Assembly: GCA_035506535.1 (NCBI GenBank)
Contig: DATJPE010000063.1
Span: 163,903 to 227,902 of the forward strand
Length of the DNA stretch: 64,000 bases
Direction: 5' to 3'
From: Actinomycetes bacterium
Lineage (GTDB): Bacteria > Actinomycetota > Actinomycetes > DATJPE01
In this document: in pieces, positions 60,466-64,000 of the stretch
How the letters are laid out: every line of letters begins with the position of its first letter
Numbering within the stretch: the first letter of the stretch is position 1
The notes under the pieces: model-generated
Database searches by the model: none
Seen by the model: the letters and a program-made list of their open reading frames with translations, nothing else
What the model was told of the DNA's origin: nothing
Made by a program: the position numbers and the translations under genes

Positions 60466-61569
60466 TCAGCCGTCCTCTCCGCTCGCGCGGCGCAGCGCGG
60501 CGAGCTCCTGCGTGACGTCGATGCCGACCGGGCACCAGGTGACGCAGCGGCCACAGCCGACGCAGCCGCTGGTCCCGAACTGGTCCTGCCAGGAGGCGAA
60601 CTTGTGGGTCAGCCACTGGCGGTAACGCGACGCGGTCGATGCCCGCACCGGCTGACCGTGCATGAGCGAGTGCCCGCTGGTGAAGCACGAGTCCCACACA
60701 CGGTCCCTCGAGACGGACTCGGCCAGGCCCGTCGGTTCGACGGTCGTGACGCAGAAGCACGTCGGGCAGACCATCGTGCAGTTCCCGCAGGACAGGCACC
60801 GCGAGGCGACGTCGTCCCAGTGCGGGTCGTCGGCGCTCGCATAGATCAGGTCGCGGATGTCGGTCGTGTCGACGGCGCGCCCCATCGACGCAGCCGCCCG
60901 GGCCGCGACGGCCTCGGACGCGGCCAGGTCCTCCTCAGCCGCGATGCGGCTGGGGAGATCCGCCAGCAGCGAGGCGCCGGCATCGGTCCCCGCCTCGGCG
61001 ACGAAGCGATGCCCCTCGTCATCGAGGATCTCGGTCAGCGCGACGTCATACCCGCTGTCGGGCCGCGGGCCGGACCCCATCGACACGCAGAAGCAGGTTC
61101 CGCCGGGAACAGCGCACGTGACGGCGACGACGAACGTGCGGCTGCGGCGCTCGGCGTAGTCGGGATCGGCGTACTGCCGGCCGGTCAGGACGGTGTCGAG
61201 GACGGCGAGCGCCCGCAGGTCGCACGAGCGCACTCCGATGAGCGCGCGCGGGACCCGGTCCAGCGGCTCCGCGGTGGGTTCACCGTCGTCGGCCGCACGC
61301 CAGAGAGTCCGCTGCGATGGGAAGAGATAGGCCTTCCACGTGCTCACCGTCGCCGCCTGGTCGAAGAGGCGCGACTCCGCCGTCCGCTCGGCGCGGTAGC
61401 GCCCGGGGGACTGCTCGTCCCGGACCCCTCGCGGCAGGTCGTCGACGCCCGAGATCGGCGCCAGGACCACCACGCCGTCCCGAAGCGTCGGCCCGATCAG
61501 GGTGAAGCCGCGTCCGGCCAGAGTGTCCAAGAGCGCACCCAGTCCGGCGACGTCCACAACGGCGGCCAT
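60466..61569 (-). CDS. hydrogenase beta subunit: iron-sulfur (4Fe-4S dicluster) protein
   Basis: ATG at 61569 follows AGGAG. Ferredoxin-type motifs are [16 protein letters not shown] and [12 protein letters not shown]. Confidence 0.8.
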   Translation of the reverse strand: MAAVVDVAGLGALLDTLAGRGFTLIGPTLRDGVVVLAPISGVDDLPRGVRDEQSPGRYRAERTAESRLFDQAATVSTWKAYLFPSQRTLWRAADDGEPTAEPLDRVPRALIGVRSCDLRALAVLDTVLTGRQYADPDYAERRSRTFVVAVTCAVPGGTCFCVSMGSGPRPDSGYDVALTEILDDEGHRFVAEAGTDAGASLLADLPSRIAAEEDLAASEAVAARAAASMGRAVDTTDIRDLIYASADDPHWDDVASRCLSCGNCTMVCPTCFCVTTVEPTGLAESVSRDRVWDSCFTSGHSLMHGQPVRASTASRYRQWLTHKFASWQDQFGTSGCVGCGRCVTWCPVGIDVTQELAALRRASGEDG

Positions 61570-61684
61570 GGCGCTCCTACGAGGTCGACAGGCACACGAT
61601 CGGATCCGGCGCGGGACCGACAGACCCATGGTGTCGCGCCGCGCGCCACCCGGACAGGGTCACTGGTCCCCCACGTGCACGCGT

Positions 61685-61715
61685 CCCCGGGGGGGTCAGA
61701 TCCCCCCGGGGCCCC
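61685..61715 (-). terminator. strong GC hairpin (CCGGGGGG-gtcagat-CCCCCCGG) downstream of dabA; intrinsic-terminator-like, without a U tract
   Basis: Perfect 8-bp GC stem with a 7-nt loop at 61687-61709. On the transcribed strand it lies 38-60 nt after the dabA stop, in the 177-bp gap before the hydrogenase operon. Confidence 0.35.
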
Positions 61716-61746
61716 TCGAGAGGCAGAACCGACCCGCCGCTCGAGA

Positions 61747-64000
61747 TCAGAGGTCCTCCCGCGCGAGCGGCACGAGTGCTCGACGGGTCGGTGAGTGCTC
61801 CTCCCAGAGGCGCCAGTCGAGGCGACGGGTCAGCCGCCAGGCGCTGGCGTCGAACGGATCGATGGCCGCGACCGCGACCCAACCGTTGGCCACCAGGCGG
61901 GCCAGCAGGTCGTGGGAGCCGACGATCTCGCCGACCCGGCGAGGGGTGGCCCAGACGACGATCAGCTCACGCAGGGGCTCGTGCCGGCGCTCGCTCGTCG
62001 GGTGGCCCGGCGCGCCATCGAACAGCGCCTGCCACGGCAGGCCGAGCCGGAGATCACCATGAGCCCCGGTGAGCACGCCCACCTCCCCGACGACGTTGTG
62101 CGTCGACTTGTCCCCCGCGCCCAGGACGCCGGGGTCGACGGTCGACGCGTAGTACTGCGCGTTGATCCACTGGGTGACAACGGCCGGCGCCGTGAGGATC
62201 GAGGCGAGGATCGATCCGTCGGGGTCGAGCGCCGGGTCGTAGGAGTGCAGGAACACCCGGCCGTCCAGGTCGAGGCCCCGCGTGAGGGACCGCGGACCGA
62301 TGACGAAGGCTGCGTTGCCGGCCAGGCCCCACTCCGGCGCCGGCTCCGCCCAGTCGAGCGCCCGGGCGCGGACGTGCCTGGTGAGCGCGGCCGGCGCGGA
62401 TCCCGGGCGAGGCGCGCCGGGCAGGGACCCGGCACGCTCCGCACGCACGGCCCGCCCGGCGGCGCCGAGGGCCTCGCGCAGCGTCGCGACCCGTTCGGAG
62501 TACGCGGGAAACGGCGCGAACGCCGGGTCGAGCTCGACCTCGTCGGTCGTCGTGTCGTGGGCAGCCGCAACGGCCACGGTCGAGTCCGGCAGCCGGATGC
62601 CGTCGGCCGCAAGGGTCTCGCGCACCGTTGGGTCGTTGAGCACCTCGGCCAGGACTCGGGCGTTGACGTGACCACCGTTGCCGCCGCAGGCGCCGCAGTC
62701 GTAGGCGGTCGCAAAGGCGTTGTTCTCGACTGTGGCGGCATGCCCGCAGATCACCAGCAAGGGCGCGAAGTCCTCGACCAGACCGATGGTGCGCAGTGCT
62801 CCGGCGGCGAGCGCGACCCGTTGTCCATGGGTCATCCCGACCGGCAGCCCGGTATGCACCCGCCCGTGGCCGTCGGATCGTGTCGTGTCTGCAGGGATAC
62901 CCCAGCGGTCGGGCAGAGTCCACCGCTTCGACAGGCGATGCCACAGGCGTGGGGCCGCGGTCTGGACGACCGCCGCGACGCCGGCGAGCCAGCCGGTGGC
63001 CTCGGCGACGAGCAGCGGCGTCAGCGGTGCTGCTCCGATCCCCAGGGCGGCACCACGGACGGGCGGGCGGAGGCCGTCCGGCCGCGGTTGCGCGACGACG
63101 GCGAAGCTGGGCTCGAGGAGAGCCGGGCACTGGTCGAACTCGGCGCCATCGCCGGTGACATGGCGCAGCGCGGCGCCGAAGAACCCGGCGAAGCCGTACG
63201 TCGCGAACGGCCCCTGCGCCTCGAGAGCGCGACGTAAACGCTCCGAGCGGACGTCGATGCAGAAGACAGCCTGAGCCAGCGGGACAGGCCGCTTCTCCTC
63301 CAGTGAGCGACACGCAGATGCCAGTGTCTCACCACCAGCGCGAAGGTCGTCGAGAAGCGGTCGGCGGAAGCCCGCCTCGAGGGCTCGCTGCCAGGTCTCG
63401 CAGCGCGAGAGCTCCGCCGGATCCACCGGCTCGTCGTCGGCCCGGGCCCTCAGGGTGTTTGTCGCGTCGCCGACGAGGAGCAGCTCGAGTACGACCCGCA
63501 CAACAGCGAGCTCCAGCACTGGCGTCGGGTCAGCGAAGACGCGCGCGCGCCACTGGGCGTGAGCCGTCCAGCCCGGAAGGCCGCTCAGCAACCGGGTCAG
63601 GTACTCGACGATCATCGTTTCGTCGATGCCGGCGCGGCTGCACAGGAGGGCAAGCGCCTCGGCGGGATCCTCGGGGAGGCCCTCGATGAGGCGACTGGCC
63701 CCGCGCAGGCCCAGAGCCCCGTCGTACGCGCTGTGCACGCACGTCTGGCGGAGCCGCACCCACGGGCCCGAGCCGTTCGACGCGGTCCCCGACCACGCGC
63801 GCTGGCACCACCAGGCGGCGTGCTCGTCGGATGTCTCGGAGGAATCGGGTCGGCGCTTCGCGTCCGCGGGAGCGGGCTCGCGGGACGCGGCGCAGCGAGC
63901 GGTGCGGACGAGCGACTCGACCATGGCGTCGAGGTTGGCCCCTGGGGCCGGGATCCCTCGGTCCACGAACTGCTCGACCAGCGCCTCTCTCAGGTCGGCG
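61747..64000 (-). CDS. dabA: DabA (DUF2309/UPF0753), putative CA-like subunit of a DAB-type energy-coupled inorganic-carbon pump; 5' end lies outside the window
   Basis: The frame stays open to the window edge. The translation contains DabA-family metal-site motifs (VFCIDVRSE and ICGHAATVEN...YDCGACGG) and a C-terminal YYASTVDPG...GAGDKSTHNV region. Confidence 0.8.
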   Translation of the reverse strand, partial: ADLREALVEQFVDRGIPAPGANLDAMVESLVRTARCAASREPAPADAKRRPDSSETSDEHAAWWCQRAWSGTASNGSGPWVRLRQTCVHSAYDGALGLRGASRLIEGLPEDPAEALALLCSRAGIDETMIVEYLTRLLSGLPGWTAHAQWRARVFADPTPVLELAVVRVVLELLLVGDATNTLRARADDEPVDPAELSRCETWQRALEAGFRRPLLDDLRAGGETLASACRSLEEKRPVPLAQAVFCIDVRSERLRRALEAQGPFATYGFAGFFGAALRHVTGDGAEFDQCPALLEPSFAVVAQPRPDGLRPPVRGAALGIGAAPLTPLLVAEATGWLAGVAAVVQTAAPRLWHRLSKRWTLPDRWGIPADTTRSDGHGRVHTGLPVGMTHGQRVALAAGALRTIGLVEDFAPLLVICGHAATVENNAFATAYDCGACGGNGGHVNARVLAEVLNDPTVRETLAADGIRLPDSTVAVAAAHDTTTDEVELDPAFAPFPAYSERVATLREALGAAGRAVRAERAGSLPGAPRPGSAPAALTRHVRARALDWAEPAPEWGLAGNAAFVIGPRSLTRGLDLDGRVFLHSYDPALDPDGSILASILTAPAVVTQWINAQYYASTVDPGVLGAGDKSTHNVVGEVGVLTGAHGDLRLGLPWQALFDGAPGHPTSERRHEPLRELIVVWATPRRVGEIVGSHDLLARLVANGWVAVAAIDPFDASAWRLTRRLDWRLWEEHSPTRRALVPLAREDL

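Overview
This is a 64-kb, very GC-rich (about 70% GC) stretch of what looks like an actinobacterial chromosome. It is densely coding: I call 63 CDS, many with GTG/TTG starts and 4-nt GTGA/ATGA start-stop overlaps, which suggests long co-transcribed arrays. By eye I see no rRNA, tRNA, CRISPR array or transposase/IS signature. The left half (1-35.6 kb) carries housekeeping and accessory metabolism: an Fpg/Nei glycosylase (truncated at the window start), a CAP-domain secreted protein, pgm, a fold-III PLP decarboxylase with a Crp-family regulator, a DUF2218-mgtA-methyltransferase operon, two MetE-like paralogues, an aromatic meta-cleavage operon with a LysR regulator, a sugar ABC transporter preceded by a CMD-family gene, and a five-gene catabolic operon of unknown substrate (ALDH, LhgO-like, amidohydrolase, ThDP enzyme, Ldh_2). 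The right half (35.6-64 kb) reads like a trace-gas and low-potential-electron island. It contains a form-I-like Mo-Cu CO dehydrogenase (coxM-coxS-coxL) with accessory genes (an XdhC-like gene fused to a YHS metal-binding domain, a MocA-like cytidylyltransferase, a CoxD/MoxR ATPase, a CoxE VWA protein) and a divergent moaA. Next to it is a four-gene 2-oxoacid:ferredoxin oxidoreductase whose last gene fuses a GltD-like NAD(P)H oxidoreductase to the POR delta ferredoxin. There is an APH-like kinase/acyl-CoA dehydrogenase/TetR/SDR operon, then a group 3b-like cytoplasmic NiFe-hydrogenase operon (beta, gamma, delta, alpha, maturation protease) with an embedded cNMP-binding gene and a protease carrying an extra C-terminal domain, and finally a 5'-truncated dabA (DUF2309, DAB inorganic-carbon pump subunit) at the window edge. 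All functional calls rest on motif and family recognition from the translations; no database search could be run.
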